44,822 nt of DNA from Candidatus Eiseniibacteriota bacterium (GTDB lineage: Bacteria; Eisenbacteria; RBG-16-71-46), in NCBI GenBank assembly GCA_031364845.1, contig JANLWX010000064.1:1-44822 (forward strand), written 5' to 3'. A program made the translations under genes and the position numbers. The notes beneath the pieces are model-generated. The model saw only the letters and a list, made by a program, of their open reading frames with translations, was not told the DNA's origin and made no database searches. This document shows positions 25,899-35,730 of this stretch, piece by piece (the stretch's first letter is position 1; every line of letters starts with the position of its first letter).

Positions 25899-28800
25899 TC
25901 AGAGGACGACGGCGAAGCGTCCACTGCGGCGGATGCCCGCAGTCTCGATGCGATAGAAGTAGATTCCGCTCGGCATCTGCGTTGATCCACCGGGCTCGCG
26001 CAGTCCGATCCGGTGGACACCCGCCTGAAGGAATTCGTCGAAGTTCCGGCCTACGCGGCGTCCCCGGACGTCGAATATCTCGAGGGTCACGCGGCCCGGT
26101 GTCGGGTTCGAAAATTCAAGATCGATCGCACCTCCCGGGGCGCCGACGACATGCGACGCGAACGCGGCGCCGGATTCGTTCCCGCGCAGGGCCTCGGATG
26201 CATTCGGCTCCAAGCCGGATCCTGTACCGACCGCAGCCGTGACAACAGAGTCTGCGACGGCCCGCTTCGCCTCTTCGAGCACGATCGCACCGTCATCGCC
26301 GTGGCTCGAGCGTTCCACGCCAGCGGCGATGTCCTCCGCCATGCGCGGCACGAGGCCGACGGCCGGAGTCGTATTCGCAGGGCCCGGTTCACCGGCCACG
26401 TCCTGAACGGTGATCGCGATGGCCGCGGCCCCGCTGAGCACATTGGCCGCCGTGAACATCACGACGTACGGAGTGCCTCGGCTGTCGAAGCGCGTCGGCG
26501 TCCAGGTCAGCGTACCCAGAGTCTTTGCGGCGTTCGTGGTGAACACCGCATCGTGACTCGCGGGCAGCGCGGAGAAGTCGGCGACGAAGCTCGTGATCGG
26601 CTGTCCGTCGAGGTCCGAGGCGAGAACACTCATGCTGAGCGTGCCGCCTTCGGCGACGAGAGCCCCCGCGAAGGCAGTCACGACCGGCGGCCGATCGGCG
26701 GGCCCATTGCTGATCTGCTTGATCGAAACATCGTCGATCTGGAAGTTCTCGTGGCCGCTCACGGGCGCATTCGCGATCTCGACATCGAGAATGGATCCCG
26801 ACAAGCGAGCGACATAGTCGAAGGTCACGGGCGCCCACACCGGACCGAGCCCGATGCCGCCCGACAGCGCGGTCGCGCCCTGCTGCGATCCGCCGACCAT
26901 CTCGGCCACCTCGAGCTTGACGATGCCGTTGTCCGACGACGATCTCACCCAGGCATTGATGCGGTAGGTCGATCCCGCCGTGGGAACGAAGTCCACGGCA
27001 CTCGGAGCGTCCGAGATCGAGAATGCGCTCTTGTTGCCGGTCGTCGCGGCGAGTTGCGCCGAGTAACTGCCGCTGCGCCCCGAGTTCGCCCGGGTGAGTG
27101 CGGCGCGCCCGACTTCGGTCCAACCCTGCACGTTGCTCTCGAAGCCCGAGTTCTTGGCCAGTTCGGTGCCGGGGGCAGGCGTGTCGCGCACCGTGATCGA
27201 CGAGACCGCCGTGCGCGACTGGGCGTTCGCCGCGCGGAACGTCACCGTATACGGCGCAATGCGGCCATCGGTGTAGGTGGGCGTCCAAGCCAGCGTGCCG
27301 ATCGTCTTCGAGGCGTTGACCGAGAACACCGCGTTGCTCGAAGCCGGCAGTCCTGCGAGGTCCGCGGTGAGCGACGTCACCGCGTCGCCATCGGGATCTA
27401 GTGCCGTGACGGCGATGAGCGCGCGAACACCCTCAACCCCGGCCAGGGTTCCGGTCGCGGTGACTGCAGGCGCGCGATCGACGTTGTTGACGGTGATCGA
27501 GGTGCTGATGGTCGTGGACAACGCGTTGGCCGCGGTGAACGTGATCACGTAGGGAGTGCCACGCGAGTCGGAAGCGGACGGCGTCCATGTGAACGTTCCT
27601 TGGGTTCTCGCGGCGTTCACGGTGAATGCGGCGTTGTTTCCTGGTGGCAGGCCAGACAGATCCGCGGCGAGCGACGTAAGCGCGCTGCCGTCGGGGTCGG
27701 ACGCGGTGATGTTCACCGTCAGCATGGACGCCTCCGTGGCGGTCACGGTGGCGGGCGCCGTCACGACCGGCTCGAGATCGATTCGCAGCGACGTCACTGC
27801 CGCCGCACTCAACGCGTTCGCTGCAGTGAACCGCACGGTGTACGGCCCCGCGCCGTCGGTGGACTGCGGCGTCCAGGTCAGAGTGCCCGCGGTACGGCTC
27901 GCATTCGGCGTGAACACCGCATTGTGCCCGGCCGGAAGTCCGGTCAGATCGGCGGTCAGCGATGCGATCGCATCTCCATCGACGTCGGCCGCGGTGACAC
28001 TGAGTGAAAACGGTGTCGACGGGATCGCGGTCGCTGAAGCGGGCGCGGTCACGACCGGCGCCCGATCGACGTTGGCCACGGTGATCGATGTGCTCGCGGT
28101 GCCGCTCTGCGCGTTCGTCGCCGTGAACGTCACCGTGTAGGGCGCCGCGCGCCCGTCGGCGTAGGTCGGGGTCCACATCAACGTGCCCCCGGTGCTCGAG
28201 GCGTTCGGCGTGAACACCGCATTGTGCCCGGCGGGAAGCCCGGTCAGATTCGTGGTGAGCGAGGTGATCGCGTTGCCGTCAGGATCGGAGGCGGACACGT
28301 TAACGGTCAACGTGGAAGTCTCGCCGACCGTCGCCGTCGCGGGCGCGGTGACGACCGGCTTGCGATCGATCCGCAGCGACGTCGCAGCGGTGGCGCTCCG
28401 GGTATTCGTTGCGGTGAACCGCACCGTGTAGGGTCCCGCGCCGTCGGTGGGCCGCGGCGTCCAGGTCAGGGTGCCCGCAGTACGAGTCGCGTTTGGCGTG
28501 AACACGGCGTTGTGTCCGGCGGGAAGTCCGGTCAGGTCGGCGGTCAAAGATGTGACCGCATCACCGTCGGGATCCGAAGCCGTGATGTTCATCGTAAAGG
28601 GCGACGACTCGATCGCCGTGGCCGAAGTGGGTGCGGAAACGACCGGCGCCCGATCGACGTTGGCCACGGCGATCGACGTGCTCGCCGTGCCGCTCTGCGC
28701 GTTCGTCGCCGTGAACGTCACCGTGTAAGGGGCTGCGCGCCCGTCTGCGTAGGTCGGGGTCCACGTCAGCGTGCCCGCGGTCTTCGTGGCGTTAGGAGTG

Positions 28801-31040
28801 AACGCCGCATTGTGTCCGGCGGGAAGCCCGGTCAGATTCGCGGTGAGCGAGGTGATCGCGTTGCCGTCCGGGTCCGATGCGGTGACGTTCACGGTGAGCA
28901 GGGACGTCTCGCCGATTGTCGCGGTCGCCGGTGCGGTGACGACCGGCTTGCGATCGACGCGCAGCGACGTCACCGCCGTCGCGCTCAACGTGTTCGCCGC
29001 GGTGAATCGCACCGTGTAGGGCCCCGCACCGTCGTTCGCCTGCGGTGTCCAGGTCAGGGTTCCCGCAGTACGGGTCGCGTTTGGCGTGAACACGGCGTTG
29101 TGTCCGGCGGGAAGTCCGGTCAGATCGGCGGTCAGGGATGAGATCGCGTCTCCGTCGAGGTCCGCTGCGGTGACGCCTAGTGAAAACGGGGTCGAGGGGA
29201 TGGCGATCGCTGAAGCGGGCACGGTCACGACCGGCGCCCGATCGAGGTTGGACACCGTGATCGACGTGCTCGCGGTACCGCTCAGCGCGTTCGTCGCCGT
29301 GAACGTCACCGGGTAGGGCGCCGCGCGCCCGTCGGCGTAGGTCGGGGTCCACGTCAACGTGCCCCCGGTCCTCGAGGCGTTCGGCGTGAACACCGCATTG
29401 TGTCCCGCAGGAAGTCTGGACAGATCCGCGGTCAAAGAGGTGATGGGATCGCCGTCGGGATCCGCGACGCTCGACGCAATCGTGAGCATGGCTCCCTCGG
29501 TGACCGTCGCAGTGGCGGCAGCCGTCACCACCGGCGCCTGGTCCGGGATCGACACGATCGTGAACTCGTACGCTCCGCGATCGGCAAACGCAGACGTGCC
29601 GATACCCGCGTTGGGCGTCCCGGGGTCGTCGAATGGAGTCACGCCGGCGGCATCCTTGCCCGGCCACACGGCGGCGCCGGCGTTCGCGTTGTCGATCGCC
29701 GGCGATCCCTGCGACAAGGTGAATATTCCAGTCCCCGGATTCGTGAACAGCGGATTCCGCTGGGTCGTACGGGTGTCGGTTCCGGAAACCGAAGAAAAAC
29801 TCGCCACCGAGGTGTACGGGGTCGCTCCATATTTCACGACCGCCTGGCTCGTCGAATTCCAGATGATGTTGTCGTTCGACTGAAATCCCGGCATCGAGGT
29901 GGCATCGATCCAGAGATCGAACTCATTGGACGTGAGGCCATTGTCGACCGCGATGCAGTTGAACAGTGCGCCCCCGGGCGAGTCCCCTTCGAACGAGAAG
30001 CCGTCCCGGCTGTTGCCATAGGCGACGTCGTTCGAGTGCCGCACGCCGCTCGAGCGCACGTGGTCGAACCCGTGGTCTCCGTTGTTCCAGCTCACGTTGT
30101 TGCGCGACGTGGAGTTGTTGGCGCCGTTGTAGAACTGAATTCCCGAATCCTGATTGTCGTGGCAGCGATTGGCTTCGACCGTGCAGTTCGTCGAGCCGTT
30201 GACATAGATGCCGTTCGCCGCGCGCACCGCAGGGCGCGCGTTGAGGAAGGATTCGTTCTCCGCGATGCGGCATCCCGTTCCCGTGGTCACGTAGATGCCG
30301 TGGTCGTTGTTGTCGCTCAAAGTGTTGCGAAGGACCAGCACCGAAGTGCCGCCCGAGACATGGATGCCCTGCTGATTCGCAAAGGAGACTCGGCAATTCC
30401 GGATTGTGGAACCGGTCACCGAGATCACTTCGACTCCGTCGCTCTCGGTGTTCATGATCTGGAAACCGCTGACCGTGACGTAGGAACCGCTGACGCGGAA
30501 TCCGCTCGCCCTCCGACCCACCTCGAGGCGCCGGCTTCCCGGGTTCGCTCCGCCGACGTTTACGTAGAGCCCCGAACCCATGACGTGCACGAACGCGTTC
30601 GGCGGCAATGATGCGGGCGGCGCGGTGGACGGCGTCAGTCGCGCGCCGTCCGCGAACACTTGCAAGGGCGCCCACGTCACGCTCGAAGCGAGGAACACGC
30701 TGCCCGAGAACGCCGACCACTTCGCGGTGCCCGAGAGGTCGTCGGAGCCGGTCATGACGACAGCGGGGCCTTCGGCTTCGAGGACGATTGGGCTGGTCGA
30801 AGTTCCCGAGGCCCCGATCGTGGCCTGCTCGCGATAGGTGGCGGGACGGACCACGATCGTATTTCCTGCCGCACCGAACGCTGTGACCGCGGCCTGCACG
30901 GTTCTGAACGGCTGGACACTGGTTCCAGGGCCTGAGTCGGTGGCACTCGAACTGGCTCCGTCCACGTAGTAGGTCGCGGACGCTGCCGGACACACGTTCA
31001 CGATCAGCGCGAGAGCGCACAGCGGGAAGATTTCCGCCAT
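25899..31040 (-). CDS. Large secreted protein (~1713 aa): right-handed beta-helix, 8 tandem Ig/cadherin-like repeats, CBM4/9-like domain, ninth Ig repeat, T9SS-type-A/FlgD-like CTD
   Basis: Signal peptide ending ASA-TYYV; PF-TVQAA; Asn-ladder PbH1 turns; DxDGD repeats; N-GFE...W...IDDVSI; IFDVRGR-V...SGIYFYRI. A GTG start at 31097 is an alternative. Confidence 0.85.
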   Translation of the reverse strand: MAEIFPLCALALIVNVCPAASATYYVDGASSSATDSGPGTSVQPFRTVQAAVTAFGAAGNTIVVRPATYREQATIGASGTSTSPIVLEAEGPAVVMTGSDDLSGTAKWSAFSGSVFLASSVTWAPLQVFADGARLTPSTAPPASLPPNAFVHVMGSGLYVNVGGANPGSRRLEVGRRASGFRVSGSYVTVSGFQIMNTESDGVEVISVTGSTIRNCRVSFANQQGIHVSGGTSVLVLRNTLSDNNDHGIYVTTGTGCRIAENESFLNARPAVRAANGIYVNGSTNCTVEANRCHDNQDSGIQFYNGANNSTSRNNVSWNNGDHGFDHVRSSGVRHSNDVAYGNSRDGFSFEGDSPGGALFNCIAVDNGLTSNEFDLWIDATSMPGFQSNDNIIWNSTSQAVVKYGATPYTSVASFSSVSGTDTRTTQRNPLFTNPGTGIFTLSQGSPAIDNANAGAAVWPGKDAAGVTPFDDPGTPNAGIGTSAFADRGAYEFTIVSIPDQAPVVTAAATATVTEGAMLTIASSVADPDGDPITSLTADLSRLPAGHNAVFTPNASRTGGTLTWTPTYADGRAAPYPVTFTATNALSGTASTSITVSNLDRAPVVTVPASAIAIPSTPFSLGVTAADLDGDAISSLTADLTGLPAGHNAVFTPNATRTAGTLTWTPQANDGAGPYTVRFTAANTLSATAVTSLRVDRKPVVTAPATATIGETSLLTVNVTASDPDGNAITSLTANLTGLPAGHNAAFTPNATKTAGTLTWTPTYADGRAAPYTVTFTATNAQSGTASTSIAVANVDRAPVVSAPTSATAIESSPFTMNITASDPDGDAVTSLTADLTGLPAGHNAVFTPNATRTAGTLTWTPRPTDGAGPYTVRFTATNTRSATAATSLRIDRKPVVTAPATATVGETSTLTVNVSASDPDGNAITSLTTNLTGLPAGHNAVFTPNASSTGGTLMWTPTYADGRAAPYTVTFTATNAQSGTASTSITVANVDRAPVVTAPASATAIPSTPFSLSVTAADVDGDAIASLTADLTGLPAGHNAVFTPNASRTAGTLTWTPQSTDGAGPYTVRFTAANALSAAAVTSLRIDLEPVVTAPATVTATEASMLTVNITASDPDGSALTSLAADLSGLPPGNNAAFTVNAARTQGTFTWTPSASDSRGTPYVITFTAANALSTTISTSITVNNVDRAPAVTATGTLAGVEGVRALIAVTALDPDGDAVTSLTADLAGLPASSNAVFSVNASKTIGTLAWTPTYTDGRIAPYTVTFRAANAQSRTAVSSITVRDTPAPGTELAKNSGFESNVQGWTEVGRAALTRANSGRSGSYSAQLAATTGNKSAFSISDAPSAVDFVPTAGSTYRINAWVRSSSDNGIVKLEVAEMVGGSQQGATALSGGIGLGPVWAPVTFDYVARLSGSILDVEIANAPVSGHENFQIDDVSIKQISNGPADRPPVVTAFAGALVAEGGTLSMSVLASDLDGQPITSFVADFSALPASHDAVFTTNAAKTLGTLTWTPTRFDSRGTPYVVMFTAANVLSGAAAIAITVQDVAGEPGPANTTPAVGLVPRMAEDIAAGVERSSHGDDGAIVLEEAKRAVADSVVTAAVGTGSGLEPNASEALRGNESGAAFASHVVGAPGGAIDLEFSNPTPGRVTLEIFDVRGRRVGRNFDEFLQAGVHRIGLREPGGSTQMPSGIYFYRIETAGIRRSGRFAVVL
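27180..29546 (-). repeat. Intragenic tandem repeats of alternating 100-aa and 96-aa units (588-nt period)
   Basis: Recurrent LTGLPAGHNAVFTPNA..GTLTWTP; shadow ORFs recur at 28183, 28771 and 29359, exactly 588 nt apart. Confidence 0.9.
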
Positions 31041-31355
31041 GGCGAACCGCGTTCCCAAGAGGGAACGTTGCGGGTGTTTCGGTGTTCTGGGCCGCACGGG
31101 GGGATGCTCCAGAGCAAAGATGCGATGGGTGCAGCGATACATCGGGAACGACAATGCGTGATGCAATCCTCATGATGATATTGCACGAAGGATTTCGATT
31201 GCCAGAGTTATGGCGCCGTTTCGCCCTGTGTTTACAGGGTCATTCTCACCATCACGTGGGTGCTTCGACCCATCGCGCCCGCGGACGGACCCCGGCCAGC
31301 TCCCGCGGAGTCCCCCTTCTTGACCTCGCTCCGCCGAGCGGGCCTAATCGCGCGC

Positions 31356-32489
31356 ATGAACGATTCCGTTTCGCCACCCGCTGCCGACCGAAACGCCCGC
31401 CCGACCTGGCTCGGCGGGATGACGGTGTTCGCGCTGGTCATGTTGTGGGTGCTGCGGGACATCGCCGTGCTGGCGGGACTCTCGCTGATGCTCGCGTATG
31501 CGCTGGATCCGTTCGTGAATCTGGTCTTGCGCGTCAAGATCCGCGGCCGCGGCCTGTCCCGCAATGCCGCGGCCGGCCTGGTGATCCTGCTCTCGCTGTT
31601 CCCGGCAGGCTTCGCGCTGGTGTGGGGCCTTCCGCGGCTCGTCGGGGAATTCGTGACGTTCCTCGATCGCGCGCCGATCATCGTCGCGCAGATCCTCTAC
31701 GATCTGCGCGGCTGGGCGAACACGCACGGCTATGCGCACTACGTGGATCCGGTCAGCGAGATGCTGAAGGCCAATCAGGCCAGCCTCCCTCAGAACGCGA
31801 CGTCGATCGTTGCCGCGGGCTTGCGCCGCCTGTTCGGTGGCCTTGGCGCCCTCCTCGGCTTCTCGGTGCTGCCGATCCTCGCGTTCTATCTGCTCGGCGA
31901 GCGCGAGCAGGTGAAGGCGAGCGCGAGCGCGTTCGTTCCCGCCGTCTATCACGGACGGTTGGCGGCCATGACGGTTTCGGTGGACTTCGCCTTGCGCAGC
32001 TACGTCCGCGGACAAGCGATCGTGTGCCTCGCGATGGGAATCGCGGTCGGTTCGGTGCTGGCGGTGCTCGGATTTCCCTACTCGCTGTTCCTCGGAGTCG
32101 TGGTCGGGCTGGCCGAGATCGTGCCGTATCTCGGATTCATCTTCGCTGCCCTCGCGATCGTGATCGTCGGCTTCACCCTCGGGCCGCTGCAGGCGCTGAT
32201 CGGACTCGTGGCGTACACAGTCGTCAATAATCTGGTCGGCCTGTTCATCACCCCTCGCGTCATGGGCCGCTATCTCAAGATGCATGCGTACGTGGTGACG
32301 CTCAGCGTGCTCGCGGGCGCGAAGCTGCTCGGACCCGCAGGCGTCATGCTGGCGCTGCCGCTGGCGGCGATCGTCCAGGCGGTGGCGTCCCAGTTCGCGC
32401 AGAAACCACCCCCCGTTCCCGGCCGCGACGCGGGCGACGAGGACGCGATCCGTGCATCACGCGCCACCCGGTCGTCGCGGCGGGATTAG
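31356..32489 (+). CDS. AI-2E (PerM/UPF0118) family transporter
   Basis: LAYALDP-V, YVRGQ, IVPYLG, P-VMG and G--GVMLALP motifs. Confidence 0.9.
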   Translation: MNDSVSPPAADRNARPTWLGGMTVFALVMLWVLRDIAVLAGLSLMLAYALDPFVNLVLRVKIRGRGLSRNAAAGLVILLSLFPAGFALVWGLPRLVGEFVTFLDRAPIIVAQILYDLRGWANTHGYAHYVDPVSEMLKANQASLPQNATSIVAAGLRRLFGGLGALLGFSVLPILAFYLLGEREQVKASASAFVPAVYHGRLAAMTVSVDFALRSYVRGQAIVCLAMGIAVGSVLAVLGFPYSLFLGVVVGLAEIVPYLGFIFAALAIVIVGFTLGPLQALIGLVAYTVVNNLVGLFITPRVMGRYLKMHAYVVTLSVLAGAKLLGPAGVMLALPLAAIVQAVASQFAQKPPPVPGRDAGDEDAIRASRATRSSRRD

Positions 32490-32496
32490 GCTGTAG

Positions 32497-33201
32497 CTAA
32501 CGGTAGAGCGCCTTCATCCTTCCCCACGTCGCATTCTGCACCGGCGTCGGGGTGCAGGCGTTTTCCCCACCGAGGCTCGGCGAGCATCCGTTGCCGTGGG
32601 GGGGCGCGGAGCCGGTGTAGGGATTGAGTCCGTCGAACAGCGACCAGGCACCGCTCGCATCCGGCAGCCGTCCGATCGCGCGGTCGGCCGCGGCCTCGTG
32701 GCTCTTGTAGGCGTAGCTGTCGATCAACACGGTGTCGCCCGCGGTCACCTGCCACAGCATCACGGCGTCACCCGAATTGCTGAGCGAGAATCCGAACGCC
32801 GGGTGCCCGGTGGCGCGCTCCCAGTCGTACGACTGCTTGCCGAACACCACGAGCCGCGCGCCCGCGGCGAGCGATCCTGTAAACCCATAGCGCGGAATCG
32901 TGTCCGAATCGGTGATGAAGAACGGCGTGAGGTCGAGTGCCGCCGTTCCCGGATTGACGACTTCGACCCACTCGTCGTCGCGCGAGGAGAACGCGCTGCT
33001 GCCGTCCCAGTCGTGAGCCGGACCCGGGACGAATTCGTTGATCGCGAGTGCTGCAGTTCCGAGCGACACCGAGAAGTGGCGGACCGGGCCTGAGTGCGGC
33101 GCGGCGCCGGAGGCGTCGGCCGCGCTCAGTCGAGCGAAGAACGGGTGAACGACGAACGTGAACGCGAGGGCATAGCCGATGGCAACGCGCGCAAAACGCA
33201 T
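32497..33201 (-). CDS. Secreted lamin-tail-domain protein (234 aa) with C-terminal TWGRMKALYR tag
   Basis: Signal peptide; LAINEF, DEWVEVVN, DL--F-I-D, LSNSGD-V-L and IGRLPD lamin-tail motifs; AAGGAAG RBS. Confidence 0.85.
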   Translation of the reverse strand: MRFARVAIGYALAFTFVVHPFFARLSAADASGAAPHSGPVRHFSVSLGTAALAINEFVPGPAHDWDGSSAFSSRDDEWVEVVNPGTAALDLTPFFITDSDTIPRYGFTGSLAAGARLVVFGKQSYDWERATGHPAFGFSLSNSGDAVMLWQVTAGDTVLIDSYAYKSHEAAADRAIGRLPDASGAWSLFDGLNPYTGSAPPHGNGCSPSLGGENACTPTPVQNATWGRMKALYR

Positions 33202-33283
33202 GGTGACTTCCTTGCGGGGGCGGAACCGGGGGCGCGACAGATTCGAAACGCCGGCACAGCACCGGCGTTCGTCCAGCTTCTTC

Positions 33284-33299
33284 AGCAAGAGCTTCGCCA
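33284..33299 (-). promoter_or_regulatory. Putative sigma54 -24/-12 promoter
   Basis: TGGCGAAGCTCTTGCT, about 85 nt upstream of ATG 33201. Confidence 0.65.
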
Positions 33300-33421
33300 T
33301 CCCTGCGCTCGTCCAGAGCGAGTGCCGCGGTGTTGGAAAATTCCGCGGATCGTGTATCGCCGGCTGACGCCGCGTACACCCGCAGGCCGTCGAGTCCGGT
33401 GACACACAGATCACGACGTGA

Positions 33422-34903
33422 TCAACGCCCGCGCTTCGCGCGGCTGCGCCGGATCCACTCCACCGTCCACTGCATGCGCGGCGGCTTCACGCCCGCGGCG
33501 GTGCGATGGAGCGCGGCCTGCGCTCTGCCGCCCGCGAACGGCGCTTCGAGCTCGAGCCGCATACGCTCGCCGTCACCCGAGAGCGCCCGCAGCACCAGAC
33601 GGTCCGCCTGCGCTTCGGGGAGATACACATGCTCGCCGCGGCGCGCGCGAAACACCGCGTGCGTGATCTTCGCACTCCATCCGCTCGTCGTGCGGACGCC
33701 GAGCCGTGCGGTCGTCACCGCGCGCACGACATCGCGCACCGGCGCCCGAGCGCCCCAGCGTTCGTGACGCCAGCCGAGTTCGAACGGCCCCGCGCGCGAA
33801 CGCCACTCGCCCCATGCGCCCTGACGGAACTCGCGCGCTTCGGCCTGCGCGCGGCTCGTCGCAAACAGCGGATCGCGACGCGTGCCGTGCTGCTCTTCGA
33901 ATCCCATCACGACCGCGGCCTGGTGCGGCAGTGCATGTTCCACTTCGAGCATCGCGCGCACCCCGTTTGCGGCCGAGCCGAATCGCCACAAGGCGGCCGC
34001 GGCGACCAGGCGCGACGTTTGCGGAGTCTTCGTACTCCGCGACGCAGCGTGCGCATCTTCCGCAGTCTCCTCGCGCGAAACGGTCAACGGCACGAGTGCG
34101 CTCACCGAGAGAGCCTGCGCCGGTCCCGCGCGGCGCGGATCTCCGAGCGGCCGGTGGCCGGCGAGACCCGCTCGCATCCACGCGGCGATGGTGGCGCGGT
34201 CCGACTGTGCTCCGGTCGCGGCCTCGATCCGCCAGCGGCCCGCGCGATCGAACGCGAGTTCGGCCCCGCGCGAATCGGCCGACCTCGGAGACCACCACAC
34301 GCTGGTGCGTGCGGCACCCATTGCGTCGCCCGTCACGCCGGCACCGAAGGCGCCCGCATTGAGGTCCATCCCTCCGTGCGTGTGCCCGGCAAAGTTGCCG
34401 CACAGTGCACCGAGCCGCAGCCGCTGATCGCCGAGCCGGTACCAGGCGACATCGCCGTCGGCCCGCCGTCGCGAGGCCGATCGGACGCGCGTGCGGCGGG
34501 ACCACGGTTCGACCGGGTCGCCGAGCACGAGGCCGCGTCCCCACACCGGTGCCGCGCGCCCGAGTCCGAACTGCCCGGCTCCCAGCGCCCCCTCGAGTGC
34601 GGACCCGGCGAGGTCGTCGCCTTCGCCATCACGCACTTCGCCCACCAGGCTGTCGCCGCGAAACCGCGCGCGACGCGTGCGCACGGCCCGGCTGCCGGCG
34701 TTGGCGGAATATCCGAGGCCGACCTCGACGTCGCCATGACCGAGCGAGTCGGTGGTCGCGTACGCGTAGTCTTCGCCGGGCGGAGCGTCGGGAGGCGGCT
34801 CGAGAACGTCGGCGCGCGCCGCGAGTGCCAAGACGACGAGCCCGAAGGTCGCCGCGACGAGAACGTGCGCGATCGCAAGCCGCACGGAACCGCGCCTCAC
34901 CAT
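33422..34903 (-). CDS. Probable outer-membrane beta-barrel protein (493 aa), resembling the barrel part of FCB helix-hairpin-helix-containing OM proteins
   Basis: GGAGG RBS; signal peptide; alternating amphipathic strands; 'G----WGRGLVLG' and 'VYLPE......LSGDGER-RL' motifs. Confidence 0.55.
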   Translation of the reverse strand: MVRRGSVRLAIAHVLVAATFGLVVLALAARADVLEPPPDAPPGEDYAYATTDSLGHGDVEVGLGYSANAGSRAVRTRRARFRGDSLVGEVRDGEGDDLAGSALEGALGAGQFGLGRAAPVWGRGLVLGDPVEPWSRRTRVRSASRRRADGDVAWYRLGDQRLRLGALCGNFAGHTHGGMDLNAGAFGAGVTGDAMGAARTSVWWSPRSADSRGAELAFDRAGRWRIEAATGAQSDRATIAAWMRAGLAGHRPLGDPRRAGPAQALSVSALVPLTVSREETAEDAHAASRSTKTPQTSRLVAAAALWRFGSAANGVRAMLEVEHALPHQAAVVMGFEEQHGTRRDPLFATSRAQAEAREFRQGAWGEWRSRAGPFELGWRHERWGARAPVRDVVRAVTTARLGVRTTSGWSAKITHAVFRARRGEHVYLPEAQADRLVLRALSGDGERMRLELEAPFAGGRAQAALHRTAAGVKPPRMQWTVEWIRRSRAKRGR

Positions 34904-35730
34904 GGCGGACCTCCGAAGCTGAGCGACATCCTGGCACTCGGCGGGAGCACCGGATGCATGTCCGCCGACGCGGCAACGGCGATTGCGCCCGCGCGCGCCG
35001 CCGCACCGAGCGAGGCGCGCAGCGGGGCATCGCGCCACTCGGCCCATACCCACGCCCGCGGAACTCCGAGTGCCAGGCCGGCGCGATGCGCATCGGACGA
35101 GCGCGAGCGCGAGGCGGCCTCGCGAACGAGCCACGCGCACGCCGGGCCGCTGCGCCAGGCGAGGCCCGCTTCCAACGAGCGGCGCAGCGGCGGCGCCGCA
35201 CCGCGCGTGGCGATCTGCGGATGGGCCACCCACGCGGAAGCGTTCGGCGCGATGCGGATCCAGCCGCCGGCGCCGATCTCGGCACCGCTCGCAAGCACCG
35301 CCGGTTCATCCGGAATTCCGAGAGCTTCCGGCGCGCGATCCCGGCGCGCGACTCCGCGAACGGCGACACCGGCATCGTCGCGAGCGAGCCCCGCCCCGGC
35401 ACCGAGCGTTTCCCATCCCAACCAGGTTTCTCCGCTGCGCGCGACACCGAGCGCCACTCGCAGCGAGCGAAACCCACCGCCGCCGGCGACCCATCCCGCG
35501 TCCAGCTCCGAGAGCCCGAACGGCCGCGCGACTCCGCTCGCCCACTCCGCGCGCGCATCGCGCGGAGGAAGTCCCAGATCGAGCAGCGCAGCCGCACTGG
35601 AGGCGAGCGCCGGCGGCACGACCGGAGCGAACTCCTGAGCGCGCACGGAAGGCGCGCCGACACTGATCCCGATGGAAATCGCGAGCGCGACGCACTTCGC
35701 CGCACCGGCCATGAAGCCCGCAGTACTCAT
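34897..35730 (-). CDS. Probable outer-membrane beta-barrel protein (PorV/FadL-like), 277 aa
   Basis: Signal peptide ending VRA-Q; 'PFGLSEL' and 'HPVL--S---SLSF' motifs; ATGA coupling to the upstream gene. Confidence 0.55.
   Translation of the reverse strand: MSTAGFMAGAAKCVALAISIGISVGAPSVRAQEFAPVVPPALASSAAALLDLGLPPRDARAEWASGVARPFGLSELDAGWVAGGGGFRSLRVALGVARSGETWLGWETLGAGAGLARDDAGVAVRGVARRDRAPEALGIPDEPAVLASGAEIGAGGWIRIAPNASAWVAHPQIATRGAAPPLRRSLEAGLAWRSGPACAWLVREAASRSRSSDAHRAGLALGVPRAWVWAEWRDAPLRASLGAAARAGAIAVAASADMHPVLPPSARMSLSFGGPPW

Noticed and set aside
27180..29546. Periodic DNA repeats as a CRISPR array
   Set aside because: The period is 588 nt, in frame and protein-coding. There is no short repeat-spacer structure and no cas gene.
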